A DNA stretch of 64,000 nt from Candidatus Latescibacterota bacterium (GCA_965242865.1 CBDETK010000013.1:1952001-2016000), one strand, 5' to 3'. Positions 47,796 to 58,086 are shown, counted from the first letter of the stretch. Notes: generated by a model not told the origin, from the letters alone. Program-made: numbers and translations.

Positions 47796-48569
47796 ATGCC
47801 TGCATCGTCTCATCGCCTATTCGCCTTACTATGCGCCGCGCTGCTCGCCGGAGGCTGCGGCCACAAGTTAGGCTATCGCCACTTTGCCGGTCCCATCTTG
47901 CCGGCCGCGAATTTGGCGGCCACGGATTTCGTCGTCCGCGACGACCACAGCATCACCTTCGTCAAAAACCGCTTGGAGGTGAGCTTGTTGCCGCTGACTG
48001 TGGCCATGCTCAATCGGCAGCTCAGCAGCCACTCGCAGCGGCCCGAGGGCTTTCACGACCCCAACCCCTATCTCGCGCCGGTCAATCCCTACACGTACGG
48101 CGACTGGAAACCGGGCTGGGAAGAAGAGCAGCCCACCCGCTTTACGGTCTTTCTGCTCAAGGTCAAAAACTACGCGTACCCCAAGGTGTGGCTCAATCCC
48201 TACGCCATAGAGATCGCCAGCACCAATGGCCGGCGCTACCAAGCCTTCACCCGGCTGGCGTTAGACGAGTACTTCGCCCCGTATGCCATCGGCTATGCCG
48301 GCAACACCTTTCTCCCGTTCCGCGAGCGGCGCGACCTATTGCTCCGCACCTTGTACCCCGAAGACGAAATGATCTTCAGCGGCCAAGAGCGCGAAGGCTT
48401 TGTTGCCTTTGCCCCGCTGGCGCACGATGTCGAATCGTTTGAGGTGCGGGTCGCGGAGCTGGTGCTGCGCTTTGACTACCGAGATCAGCCGATGGAGACC
48501 ATAGACATCGCCTACCCTTTTACGCGCGAAGTGTACTTGGCCAAGCACCGCCGCGCCGAGGAACTCTAA
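47796..48569 (+). CDS. Hypothetical lipoprotein
   Basis: Lipobox AGGC; NPYTYGDW..RFTVFLLKVKNYAYPKV. Confidence 0.65.
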   Translation: MPASSHRLFALLCAALLAGGCGHKLGYRHFAGPILPAANLAATDFVVRDDHSITFVKNRLEVSLLPLTVAMLNRQLSSHSQRPEGFHDPNPYLAPVNPYTYGDWKPGWEEEQPTRFTVFLLKVKNYAYPKVWLNPYAIEIASTNGRRYQAFTRLALDEYFAPYAIGYAGNTFLPFRERRDLLLRTLYPEDEMIFSGQEREGFVAFAPLAHDVESFEVRVAELVLRFDYRDQPMETIDIAYPFTREVYLAKHRRAEEL

Positions 48570-48571
48570 CG

Positions 48572-50224
48572 ATGCTCGCTCTGGTCATTGTGGGAGTCTT
48601 CCTCGCGTCGCTGTGGTGGAGCGGCTGCGAGCCGAAAGTCAATAGCGACGTGGTCGCTAGGGTCGGCGACGAGGCGATCATGCTCGCAGACCTGCGCCAG
48701 TTCCGCGAAGAGTCCACCGCCAACTACCGCGACCCCGAACAGGGCCTTGAGGCGTGGCGCTTTTACTTGCAGACGATGATCGACATGAAGCTGATGCTTC
48801 TTGAGGCGCGGGAGCGGCGGCTGGGCCAGACTGTGGAGTTCGTCCGCCAATGGGAGCGAGAACGGCGCAAAAAACTGGTTGACGAGTACGCCGTGCGGAC
48901 CATCCTCGCGGATGTCGATCTCGCCGTAGAAGGGATGCGGCAGGATTTTGCGACGAGTAAGTGGAACCGGATGTTGCGCTTGGCCCACATCCGCACCGCG
49001 AGCGAGGCCGAAGCCCAAAAGGCCATGCGCGACTTGGAGCAAGGGGCAGATTTTGCCGAGGTGGCCCGAGCGCGTTCTATCGCGCCGACCGCCGCCCACG
49101 GCGGGGTGCTCGACCCTTGGTACGGGCGCGGCAACTTGGAGGAGATGGGCCTGCCCCTAGCAGTGGGCGAGCAGGTATTCGACCTACAGGTTGGGGGCTT
49201 GAGCCAGCCCGTAGTCGTGGGGGAACACTACGAGATCTTCAAGGTGCTGTCCCAAGGCCCAGCGCCTACGCACTACCGAGCGTCCTTCTTGCGAGAACAC
49301 TATTGGAAGGAGTTTCGCGCCCGCTGGGATGGGCTGATCGCCCAGCTCAAGGACCGCCTCAACGCCCAGCTCGATGGCGAGGCGATCCGGTTGCTGGTCG
49401 ATAGAATGGCCGATTCCGATGGCCAAGGGATGCTGCTGGGTCCCGAAGAGCAGGACGTGATCCTCTGCCGCTTTGAGGGCGGGCAGGTAACGCTGCTCGA
49501 TTTCGCCGAAACCTATAACGCCTATTGGTTCATCCGCTCGGTCTCCTTCGACAGCAGCGGGATTGCCGAGTTCATCCACCGGGATCTCTTGCCGCGCACC
49601 CTCGTCTATCAAGCGGCATTACAGGAAGGGCTGGACCAGGATTCGACCATAGCTGCTTGGTTGCAGGACAAGAAAAAGTCCCTGCTGCTCGAAGCCCTCC
49701 GCCGGGAAGATGTCGTGCAGCGGGCCGAGGTGGATAGCGCCATGGCCCGCCAGTACTACGACGACCATCCGCAAATGTTCATGGAATTGGAAGAGATTCG
49801 GGTGGCCGAGGTACTGGTGGCGACCCGCGCCGAGGCGGAATCGCTCTTGCGGCGGGTCCGGGCGGGCGAACCCCTAGCAACGCTGGCTGGCCGCCACACG
49901 CTCCGCCCGGATGGAGGGCAATACCACATCCACAACCATCCCTCCGAGCGGCGGGTTTTCGGCGCGCTCTACGACTCCGTGGCGACCGCGCCCGTGGGGG
50001 TGCTGACCGGCCCGGTGGCTCTCGACGAAGGCTACTCGATCTTTGAGGTGCAAGAGCGCGTTCCGCCGCGTCCTACGCCCTTTGCCCAAGCGGTTTCGCG
50101 AGCGCGGTGGTGGGTGCAGAAAGAGCAAGAAAAGGCCCTCTTCGCCGCCTTGTTCACCCGGCTCCGAGCTCAGTACGCCGATAGGGTTGTGGTGTTTGAA
50201 GAGCAGTTGGGCACACTTCACTAG
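48572..50224 (+). CDS. Parvulin-type peptidyl-prolyl isomerase lipoprotein (SurA/PrsA-like)
   Basis: WSGC lipobox; VVARVGDEAI; LAHI..GADFAEVARARS..GG; second rotamase domain. Confidence 0.85.
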   Translation: MLALVIVGVFLASLWWSGCEPKVNSDVVARVGDEAIMLADLRQFREESTANYRDPEQGLEAWRFYLQTMIDMKLMLLEARERRLGQTVEFVRQWERERRKKLVDEYAVRTILADVDLAVEGMRQDFATSKWNRMLRLAHIRTASEAEAQKAMRDLEQGADFAEVARARSIAPTAAHGGVLDPWYGRGNLEEMGLPLAVGEQVFDLQVGGLSQPVVVGEHYEIFKVLSQGPAPTHYRASFLREHYWKEFRARWDGLIAQLKDRLNAQLDGEAIRLLVDRMADSDGQGMLLGPEEQDVILCRFEGGQVTLLDFAETYNAYWFIRSVSFDSSGIAEFIHRDLLPRTLVYQAALQEGLDQDSTIAAWLQDKKKSLLLEALRREDVVQRAEVDSAMARQYYDDHPQMFMELEEIRVAEVLVATRAEAESLLRRVRAGEPLATLAGRHTLRPDGGQYHIHNHPSERRVFGALYDSVATAPVGVLTGPVALDEGYSIFEVQERVPPRPTPFAQAVSRARWWVQKEQEKALFAALFTRLRAQYADRVVVFEEQLGTLH

Positions 50225-50274
50225 CCCATGACGACACCCTTCACTCACCCCAGCTCCTCGGCCTCCTCCTAGTC

Positions 50275-51927
50275 GTGGCCGCAGCGTGGTTTTTGTGGGT
50301 GCTGCTCGTCGCGGGCGGCGCGGGATGCGGGCCAGCAGACCCGGACCCGGCGATCGAACCGGCGTTTGTGGAAGTAGCGCAGGAGGCGGGCATTGCATTC
50401 CACCATCAGAACGGGGCGAGCGGGCGCTACTACTACGTGGAAACGTACGGGTCGGGAGCGGCCTTCCTTGACTACGACAACGACGGCGACCCAGACCTCT
50501 ATGCGGTCAACAGCGCACCGCTGCCGGGGTTTGCCGCCGAGGGCATCCCCACCAACGCGCTCTATCACAACCGGGGCGACGGCACTTTCGCGGATGCGAC
50601 CGCGCAAACGGGAACGGGCCATCCGGGCTATGGCCTGGGAAGCTGCGTCGGGGACATCGACAACGACGGGCACGTGGATCTATACGTGACCAACTTCGGC
50701 CCCAACGTCCTGTATCGCAATCAAGGCGACGGCACCTTTGCCGATCAGACCGCTGACGCCGGGGTCGGCGACCCCCGCCTGAGCACCAGCGCGGCGTTTG
50801 CCGACATCGACAACGACGGCGACCTCGATCTCTATGTGGCCAACAACGTCTCCGTTGACCTAGCCCACGACGAGGGGTGTCGCCAAGGGGCGATCCCGGT
50901 CTATTGCGCCCCCACTGAGTACCAAGGAGAATCCGGTGCCCTCTTCCGCAACGATCGCGGCGGGAAGTTCGCCGACATTACCCGGCCGGCCGGCGTGCAT
51001 AGCCAAGCCGGTCGCCAGTTGGGCGTAGTCTTTGGCGACTACGACCGCGACGGCGACCCAGACCTATATGTAGCCAACGACATGAAGGCCAATTTCCTCT
51101 TCCGCAACGACGGCGCGGCGCGGTTTGCCGAAGTGGGATTGAGCGCGGGGGTGGCACTCAGCGAGAGCGCTCGCCCCGAGGCCGGCATGGGCACGGACTT
51201 TGGCGACTGCGACCGCGACGGCGACTTGGATATCGTGGTCTGCAACTTCCAATGGGAAAGCTGCCGCCTCTATCGCAACGAGGGCGACGGCACCTTTGCC
51301 GACCTGAGCTTTCCGGCGGGACTGGGCGAGCCTACGCTTTCGACCTTGACTTTTGGCACGGATTTTTTCGACTACGACAACGACGGCGACCTAGACCTCT
51401 ACCTGGCCAATGGCCACGTCCATCCCGAGGTGCAGGCGTTCGACCAAGCCGCGTCCTATCCGCAGGCGGACCAGCTCTTTGCCAACGACGGGGCCGGGCG
51501 GTTCGCGCTGGTGCTGGGTACGACCCTGCGCGGAGTGGGCCGGGGCGCGGCCTTTGCCGACTACGACAACGATGGCGACCTAGACGCCTTTGTCTCCAAC
51601 AACAACCAACGAGCGTTTTTGTTGCGCAACGACCGCGGCCAGCGCAACCACTGGGTCGCCTTTAAGACCGTGGGCCGGGTCAGCAACCGAGACGGGATCG
51701 GGGCGGTCATCGAGGTGGTAAGCGGCGACTTGGTGCAGGTCGCGGAGGTGCGCAGCGGCAGCAGCTATCTTTCGCAAAACGACCTGCGGGTGCATTTCGG
51801 CTTGGGCCAGCGGGAACAGGTGGATCGCGTCCAGATCCGCTGGCCCAGCGGAATAGTGCAGACGCTCGTACAAGTGCCCATCAACCAGCTCCACCAAGTG
51901 GAAGAACCGCCTTCCGGCGGCGCATGA
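50275..51927 (+). CDS. CRTAC1-like FG-GAP/VCBS repeat protein with ASPIC/UnbV domain
   Basis: Repeated DYDNDGDxDLY; SNRDGIGA..SGSSYLSQNDLRVHFGLG..IRWPSG. Confidence 0.9.
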   Translation: MAAAWFLWVLLVAGGAGCGPADPDPAIEPAFVEVAQEAGIAFHHQNGASGRYYYVETYGSGAAFLDYDNDGDPDLYAVNSAPLPGFAAEGIPTNALYHNRGDGTFADATAQTGTGHPGYGLGSCVGDIDNDGHVDLYVTNFGPNVLYRNQGDGTFADQTADAGVGDPRLSTSAAFADIDNDGDLDLYVANNVSVDLAHDEGCRQGAIPVYCAPTEYQGESGALFRNDRGGKFADITRPAGVHSQAGRQLGVVFGDYDRDGDPDLYVANDMKANFLFRNDGAARFAEVGLSAGVALSESARPEAGMGTDFGDCDRDGDLDIVVCNFQWESCRLYRNEGDGTFADLSFPAGLGEPTLSTLTFGTDFFDYDNDGDLDLYLANGHVHPEVQAFDQAASYPQADQLFANDGAGRFALVLGTTLRGVGRGAAFADYDNDGDLDAFVSNNNQRAFLLRNDRGQRNHWVAFKTVGRVSNRDGIGAVIEVVSGDLVQVAEVRSGSSYLSQNDLRVHFGLGQREQVDRVQIRWPSGIVQTLVQVPINQLHQVEEPPSGGA

Positions 51928-53435
51928 GCAACCCGTGGCAAAGAGCGGTCGCCTGCTTGCTCGCCCTGCTCTGCGGCTGCGCGCCCCCCGAAGAGAGCCT
52001 AGACGAGCGCGAGAGCCGCTATCAGCACCGAATCGCGGAAGACCCGACAGACGCCGAGGGCCAGTACGCACTCGGCCAAGTGTTCCGCGAACAGGCGCGT
52101 TACCCCGAGGCCCTGCAATCCTTTCGCCAAGCACTGGTGCTGGATTCCACCCATACCGGAGCGCAGGTGGGGGTCGGCAACATGCTGTTTCGGAGCGGCG
52201 AATTCGATCGAGCGGCCAACGCATACCAACGGGTCGCGCAGGGATGTGCCGATTGTGCGGACGCGCACCGGGGGCTGGGAGCGGTTTATCTGCGGCAGCG
52301 GCACTTTGCAAAGGCCCGTCGAGCCTACCAGCAAGCCCTTTTAAGCGAGCCAAATCACGCCCCTTCGCACTACAATATCGGCGCGGCCTTTGCCCAAGAA
52401 GGCGCGTATCAAGAGGCCGCGGCCGCGCTGGAACGGGCCATTGCCAGTGATTCTAAATACATCTTGGCGCACACCGCGCTGGGCGATGTGTACTGCCTCA
52501 AGCTGGGGCAGTGCGAAAAGGCCGCCGCGCTCCTCGCGCAGGCCGCGACCTTGCAACCAACGGCGGTCGGCCCCCGGATCGGCTTGGGGCGGGCGTACCT
52601 CCGTCTAGGGCGGTACGAGGAGGCCGCGGCTAGCTTTGAGGCGGCCATTGCAGCGGATTCGACAGCCGCGGCCGCATTTAACTGGTTTGGGGTCGCCCGC
52701 ACCAAGTTGGGGCAGTACGAGCCGGCCGCCCAGGCCCTGCGCCGCGCCATCCATCTCGACATGCTCTACCCACAAGCCTATTACAACCTATCCCAAGCCT
52801 ACCAAAAACAGGGTAAGACCCAGGCGAGTGAACAGGCCCTCCGCGCCTTCAACCGCATCGACCCGTACGCTGGCGACATTCTCCGGTGGAAGACAATACT
52901 GGACGGCAATCCGCACGATGCTATGGCACTCTTTGAACGGGGCCGGATCTATGCGCGATTGGGCGCGGCCAGCCAAGCGGCTGCAGCCTTTGAGCGCGCG
53001 TTGACGATCAATCCCGCTCATGCGCCGGCTTGGCACAATCTGGGCAATGCGTACGCTCGTCTCGACCGCTTGGACGAGGCCATCGCCGCTTTCCACAGGG
53101 CACTGGCGCTGGACGAAGGGTATGCCCTCGCTTGGTATAACCTCGGCAACGCCCATTTTGCAAAGGGGGAACTGGCTCAAGCCCGCAAGGCATTTACTGC
53201 GGCACTCAACCACCGGGCCGGGTACGCGGACGCTTACCACGGACTCGGAGGGGTGGCACTGCGCGAAAGGGAGGCCGAGGAAGCCATTGGCCACTTTCGC
53301 GCGGTTCTAGCGGCTGACTCGAGCTATGCCCGCGCCCATTACGGCTTGGCCTTGGCCTACCGGGCGCTGGGCGACTCCCTGCGTGCGGTGCAGGCACTGG
53401 CGCGTTTTAAGCGGCTGGGCGATCCGCACCATTGA
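51924..53435 (+). CDS. TPR-repeat lipoprotein
   Basis: LCGC lipobox; more than ten TPR units (AYYNLS, AWHNLG, AWYNLG). Confidence 0.85.
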   Translation: MSNPWQRAVACLLALLCGCAPPEESLDERESRYQHRIAEDPTDAEGQYALGQVFREQARYPEALQSFRQALVLDSTHTGAQVGVGNMLFRSGEFDRAANAYQRVAQGCADCADAHRGLGAVYLRQRHFAKARRAYQQALLSEPNHAPSHYNIGAAFAQEGAYQEAAAALERAIASDSKYILAHTALGDVYCLKLGQCEKAAALLAQAATLQPTAVGPRIGLGRAYLRLGRYEEAAASFEAAIAADSTAAAAFNWFGVARTKLGQYEPAAQALRRAIHLDMLYPQAYYNLSQAYQKQGKTQASEQALRAFNRIDPYAGDILRWKTILDGNPHDAMALFERGRIYARLGAASQAAAAFERALTINPAHAPAWHNLGNAYARLDRLDEAIAAFHRALALDEGYALAWYNLGNAHFAKGELAQARKAFTAALNHRAGYADAYHGLGGVALREREAEEAIGHFRAVLAADSSYARAHYGLALAYRALGDSLRAVQALARFKRLGDPHH

Positions 53436-53447
53436 GCGGCTCCACCT

Positions 53448-54923
53448 TTACCGTGGCCAATCCTTCTCCAGCCGACTCGCCTGTTTTTTGGACAGCCCGC
53501 CCAACGCCTTCATGGCGTCCAACAGCCGCATCCGCGTCAATTCGGACCCCAAGAGCGCGGCGGATTCAAACAGCGGCGGCCCCACCCGCTCGCCAGTCAG
53601 CGCAACAATGAGCGGTACGGTCACGTCGCGGACCGGCCACCCCCAATGCGCGGCCACCCGGCGCACGGCCTTTTCTACGCCATCTTTGTTCCACTCCACC
53701 ACCTCGTCCAAGGCCCACACGGCTGTTTGCAACATCCGCGTCACCTCGGCGGCCTCCCGCTTTTTCGGGATCAGCTCCTCGGGCGTTGGTGCCACCTGCC
53801 GGGCGAAGAAAAACGCCACGCGCGGCACAAAATCCCCCAGCGTCTCTAGCCGCGGCTGCATAAACGGCAGCATCTGCCCGACGTATTCGTCGTTGAGCAG
53901 CCAGCCCTTTAGCTCGGTCAACAGGGCGTCCGGCGTCCAATCCTCGCGCATATAGCGGCCATTGAGCCAGCCCAGCTTGTCTAGGTCAAAAATGGAGCCG
54001 CTCAAGTTGAGCTTGGCCGGGTCAAAGTGCTCTGTTAATTGCTCCACGGTGAACTTTTCTTCCCCGATCGGCGGATGGACCATGAGCGCCAAGTAGTTGA
54101 GCAGGGCTGGCGGCAGGTAGCCGGCGCGGCGATAGTACTCCACCGAGGTCGGGTTCCGCCGCTTCGACATCTTGGAGCCGTCGGGGTTGAGCAACAACGG
54201 CAGGTGCATGTACGTCGGCGGCGTCCAGCCAAAAGCCTCGTAGAGCATGAGGTGCTTCGGCGTGGAGGTGATCCACTCCTCGCCCCGAATCACGTGGCTG
54301 ATCTGCATCAAGTGATCATCTACCACCACGGCTAGGTGGTAGGTCGGAAAGCCATCGGACTTTATCAGCACTTGATCGTCTAGCTGCTCCCACTGCAGGG
54401 CAATTGGCTCGCGGAGCATGTCCTTGACTATACACGCTCCCTCCTGCGGCATCTTCAGCCGGATTACGTGCTCGCATCCCGCCCGCATCTTGGCTGCAAC
54501 CTCGCTGGCAGTTAGCGCTCGGCAATGTCCATCGTAGCCGAGCGGCGCCCGGCGCTGCTGCTGCTCGGCTCGCAACGCAGCCAGCCGCTCGCTCGTGCAA
54601 AAGCAGGGATAGGCATGCCCGCTGGCCACCAACTGCGCGGCGTACTCTGCGTAGATGGACACGCGCTCGCTCTGCCGGTACGGGCCGTAGGGACCGCCCA
54701 CATCCGGGCCTTCGTCCCACGCCAGCCCCAGCCACCGCAGCGACTGCATGAGCTGCTCTTCGTACTTTTTGTGCGACCGCGCTTGGTCGGTATCCTCAAT
54801 CCGCAGCACAAACTGCCCTCTGTTTTTTCGCGCCCACACCCAGTCAAACAGGGCTTGATACGCAGTCCCTACGTGCATGGGGCCGGTCGGCGAAGGGGCG
54901 ATCCGCACTCGCACGTCTGCCAT
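53448..54923 (-). CDS. gltX: Glutamate--tRNA ligase
   Basis: RIAPSPTGPMHVG, LRIEDTD, PTYH, KMSKR; GAGGAGG RBS. Confidence 0.97.
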   Translation of the reverse strand: MADVRVRIAPSPTGPMHVGTAYQALFDWVWARKNRGQFVLRIEDTDQARSHKKYEEQLMQSLRWLGLAWDEGPDVGGPYGPYRQSERVSIYAEYAAQLVASGHAYPCFCTSERLAALRAEQQQRRAPLGYDGHCRALTASEVAAKMRAGCEHVIRLKMPQEGACIVKDMLREPIALQWEQLDDQVLIKSDGFPTYHLAVVVDDHLMQISHVIRGEEWITSTPKHLMLYEAFGWTPPTYMHLPLLLNPDGSKMSKRRNPTSVEYYRRAGYLPPALLNYLALMVHPPIGEEKFTVEQLTEHFDPAKLNLSGSIFDLDKLGWLNGRYMREDWTPDALLTELKGWLLNDEYVGQMLPFMQPRLETLGDFVPRVAFFFARQVAPTPEELIPKKREAAEVTRMLQTAVWALDEVVEWNKDGVEKAVRRVAAHWGWPVRDVTVPLIVALTGERVGPPLFESAALLGSELTRMRLLDAMKALGGLSKKQASRLEKDWPR

Positions 54924-55095
54924 CTTTACCTCCTCGTCTTTTGGATTGCAAGTTAAGCCCCGTCGCTCTTGCACAACGCGGCCTATTGCACATTTAGCTT
55001 TTTTGCCTAAGTTTATAACTTATAACAACTAACGCGCATTCGCTCGCGTCTCGCCGCCCCTAGCTCCCGCCCTTTCAACCCAATAGACAGGATTT

Positions 55096-56283
55096 ATGCA
55101 GTTTACCGAGCTCGACCTAGCCCCCCACATCCTCAGAGCACTCGACGAGATGGGCTACGAGGACATGACGCCCATCCAAGAACAAACCGTTCCCCACATC
55201 ATCGCCGGCAAAGACGTCATGGGCCTAGCCGAAACCGGCTCGGGCAAGACCGGCGCCTGTGCCATTCCCCTAATCCAAGCCACTGACGTCTCGCTCAACG
55301 CCATCCAAGCCCTCATCTTGGTCCCCACCCGCGAGTTGGCACTCCAGTACGTCCAAGAGGTAGATGAAATCGCCCAGTACTCAGGGGCCGTGCCGTTTGC
55401 CATCTACGGCGGCTTTGACATGGACATCCAAAAGGCCAAGCTCAACCACGGCGTCCACGTCCTCGTGGCTACGCCCGGCCGCCTCATCGACTTTATATGG
55501 AACCACAGCCTCGACCTGACCCGCGTCAGAACCGTGGTCCTCGACGAGGCGGACGAAATGCTCAAGATGGGATTTATCGAAGATGTAGATTTTATCATGT
55601 CCTGCATCATGCAGGACTACCAAACCCTGCTTTTTTCCGCTACCATGCCCTCAGAAATAGAGCGACTGACCCAACAATACCTCAAGTCGCCCGAGCGCGT
55701 TCACCTCAACCGCCACCAGCGGGCACCCCAATCGCTGGCCCATCACTTCCTCCACGTCTCCCGCCGGCGCTGTGACGCCCTCATCCATTACATCGAGGGC
55801 CAAGAGATCCAACAGGGCATCATATTCTGCAACTCGCGCGACAAAGCATCCGTCTTGTTCCGCGACCTACAACGGCGCATCCACTCGGTCGATATCATCC
55901 ACGGCGGGCTAGACCAAGAGCGGCGCACCTCCATCTTCCGCCGCTTCCGCCAGCGGAAAATTCGCTTTATGGTCGCCACGGATGTGGCCGGGCGCGGCCT
56001 CGATTTTTCGCACGTCACCCATGTCATCAACTACGACTTTCCCTTTAACGCCGAAATCTACACTCACCGCACCGGCCGGGCCGGGCGCATGGGGCGAGCC
56101 GGCAAGGCCCTGACCTTGGTCGGCGACCGCGACCTCCGCGACCTCAAGCGCCTGCTCAACGCCAACCGCATCCACGCGCATTGGGAAGGCACTGCGCCCA
56201 ACTTGGACGATGTGCGCGCCAAACGCACCGGCCGAGGACGCCGGCGCAGACCGCGCGGCAAAAAGCCCGCTGCTAAGGGCTAA
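55096..56283 (+). CDS. DEAD-box RNA helicase
   Basis: AETGSGKT, PTRELA, TPGR, DEAD, SAT, HRTGRAGR. Confidence 0.97.
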   Translation: MQFTELDLAPHILRALDEMGYEDMTPIQEQTVPHIIAGKDVMGLAETGSGKTGACAIPLIQATDVSLNAIQALILVPTRELALQYVQEVDEIAQYSGAVPFAIYGGFDMDIQKAKLNHGVHVLVATPGRLIDFIWNHSLDLTRVRTVVLDEADEMLKMGFIEDVDFIMSCIMQDYQTLLFSATMPSEIERLTQQYLKSPERVHLNRHQRAPQSLAHHFLHVSRRRCDALIHYIEGQEIQQGIIFCNSRDKASVLFRDLQRRIHSVDIIHGGLDQERRTSIFRRFRQRKIRFMVATDVAGRGLDFSHVTHVINYDFPFNAEIYTHRTGRAGRMGRAGKALTLVGDRDLRDLKRLLNANRIHAHWEGTAPNLDDVRAKRTGRGRRRRPRGKKPAAKG

Positions 56284-56338
56284 GTAGTTCGAGGCGAAGC
56301 TGGCCCCGAAGTATATAGAAAGGGCTTGATCCGAAAGG

Positions 56339-57040
56339 CTAGCTGATACTGCTCAGGGCGGCGGCGAAGGAAAGCCAAATAATCATTATGAGACCAATCC
56401 CAACGTAGGCTTTGCTGCGATCAAACTGCCCCACAATAGACAGACCGAGACCAGTGACCACAATGCTCCAAACGACAAAGGGATCAATGAGGGACAATAA
56501 GTGCCCACTGAAGCTTCGGAGAGCCTCTTCGGAGAGGAACACCCCCAAGCCTATTTGCACTAGCGGTGTCTCTGTGGCCAATATTAGCAATGTCTTGATA
56601 ATCTGTTGGGGAATAGCGATCAACCCCGCATAGACTACTATGGTTAGGACTTGGCCGTAGGAGAGCAGGCCGCCTAGTAATTTGCCCACCAGTAGGCAAA
56701 GCGCAGAAAAAATAAAAACAAAAGTGAAAAGCACGATAGGTGTAACGATCAGAGTACTAACCCGCATGATGCCTTGGGTTTGGTATTGCTCCACGATCTT
56801 GCGCTCTTCGGCGGACATACCCTGCATCCGTTGCTGCATCCGTTCTTGGTTGAATTCAGTCGTAAAGGGCAGGATAAGTACCGCGGCAATCGTGGCAACT
56901 GCGACGTTCAGAATGGCAGGTACAAGCCAGTCGGCAGCACTGCGCTCGCGGGCGAGATCTTCAAAGGTCTCTCTCGGCGCGTAGAAGAGGCGAATCATGC
57001 GGTTGATAAGGCCGATTTCAGCCTGAGATGTGGGTTCCAT
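56339..57040 (-). CDS. Yip1 domain membrane protein
   Basis: LFYAPRETFE.L; five TM helices; LIDPFVVWS; GGAGG RBS. Confidence 0.75.
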   Translation of the reverse strand: MEPTSQAEIGLINRMIRLFYAPRETFEDLARERSAADWLVPAILNVAVATIAAVLILPFTTEFNQERMQQRMQGMSAEERKIVEQYQTQGIMRVSTLIVTPIVLFTFVFIFSALCLLVGKLLGGLLSYGQVLTIVVYAGLIAIPQQIIKTLLILATETPLVQIGLGVFLSEEALRSFSGHLLSLIDPFVVWSIVVTGLGLSIVGQFDRSKAYVGIGLIMIIWLSFAAALSSIS

Positions 57041-57132
57041 GAAACCTCCTTCTTATGAAAAGAGATGGATTTATATCTATAACATCGTGTTTACTAAGAA
57101 CGTGTTTGATATATAGCTAGCAGATGAACCGA

Positions 57133-57933
57133 TTAGAGCGGCGTTGGAATAAAGGCCGATAGTTCCAGAGCCAAAACCGACATATTGCGTAGAGCATGAT
57201 ACATAATAGAAGGGTAAAGAGAGCGCGTTCCCTGATACAAAAAAAACGAAAGACTCTGTGACATAAACGTAATGATAAATTCCCTTAGATGTTCTCCTGA
57301 AAACGGAGAGTAATGGTGATAGCTGAAGATAAAAGCGGTAATAGTGAAGCCGAGAACGAATCCCAATCGATTCCTTAAAGCAGGGAAAATCAGACCGGTA
57401 AAATATGCCTCCTCTATAATAGGGGCAATCAGTAAAGCACGAACTGAATGTGGAATGATAAGGAGAAATATAGTACGAAATTCGTCCCAGCCGGCTTCCT
57501 CAACCCAAGGTATTAGAATAGGGTTGGGGCTTATTAAGTGGATATCAATTCCCCGGAGCTTCATGTAAAGGAAAAAGACCAATATACTTACTCCGGATAT
57601 TAACAATAAAAAAATAAACGTTAAAACTAATTTTTTTGATTCCCTGGGAATTTGGAGGGACAATCCCAATGTTTGGGTGTTTAGAGCCTGTTTTTCTATC
57701 TTGGAAAATGCCACGACAATTAAAATAAGTAAGGCATAAGGAATAGTACATAATGATATGAAAAGGTAGTCGCTCAAAGCGAATAGATTAAGTATAGTAT
57801 CGACAGTATAGCGAAAGAAAAAGAACATAAAAATGGCGAGTAGAAAGGTAGAAAATATTCTACATCGTATATTTTCAAACTTTCTGGTAAATACGGGATG
57901 AATGTATTGGTCCATTGTGTGGATCTTTTTCAC
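57133..57933 (-). CDS. CPBP-family (Abi/CAAX) intramembrane metalloprotease
   Basis: APIIEEAYF, FSYHH, SLYPSIMYHALRN motifs; multiple TM helices. Confidence 0.85.
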   Translation of the reverse strand: MKKIHTMDQYIHPVFTRKFENIRCRIFSTFLLAIFMFFFFRYTVDTILNLFALSDYLFISLCTIPYALLILIVVAFSKIEKQALNTQTLGLSLQIPRESKKLVLTFIFLLLISGVSILVFFLYMKLRGIDIHLISPNPILIPWVEEAGWDEFRTIFLLIIPHSVRALLIAPIIEEAYFTGLIFPALRNRLGFVLGFTITAFIFSYHHYSPFSGEHLREFIITFMSQSLSFFLYQGTRSLYPSIMYHALRNMSVLALELSAFIPTPL

Positions 57934-57961
57934 GAGTACCCCTGCTTATTCCATTAGTTGT

Positions 57962-58020
57962 TGGTGAATCTTTTGAGCTACCAGCCTCGACAAGACGACT
58001 GGTAGCTCATCAATTCACCA
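57962..58020 (-). terminator. Long stem-loop downstream of the precursor gene (attenuator or mRNA stabiliser)
   Basis: TGGTGAAT..TGAGCTACCAG pairs with CTGGTAGCTCA..ATTCACCA; no clear U-tract. Confidence 0.6.
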
Positions 58021-58086
58021 TGTAGAGGTTGTGGGTTTCATCTAGGTTGGCTTCTTACAAACTTTGCTCGTTGTTTTTCCGTCTTC

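Noticed and set aside
50460-51600. Recurring GACTACGACAACGACGGCGAC repeats
   Set aside because: These encode FG-GAP DYDNDGD motifs of the ASPIC/UnbV protein.
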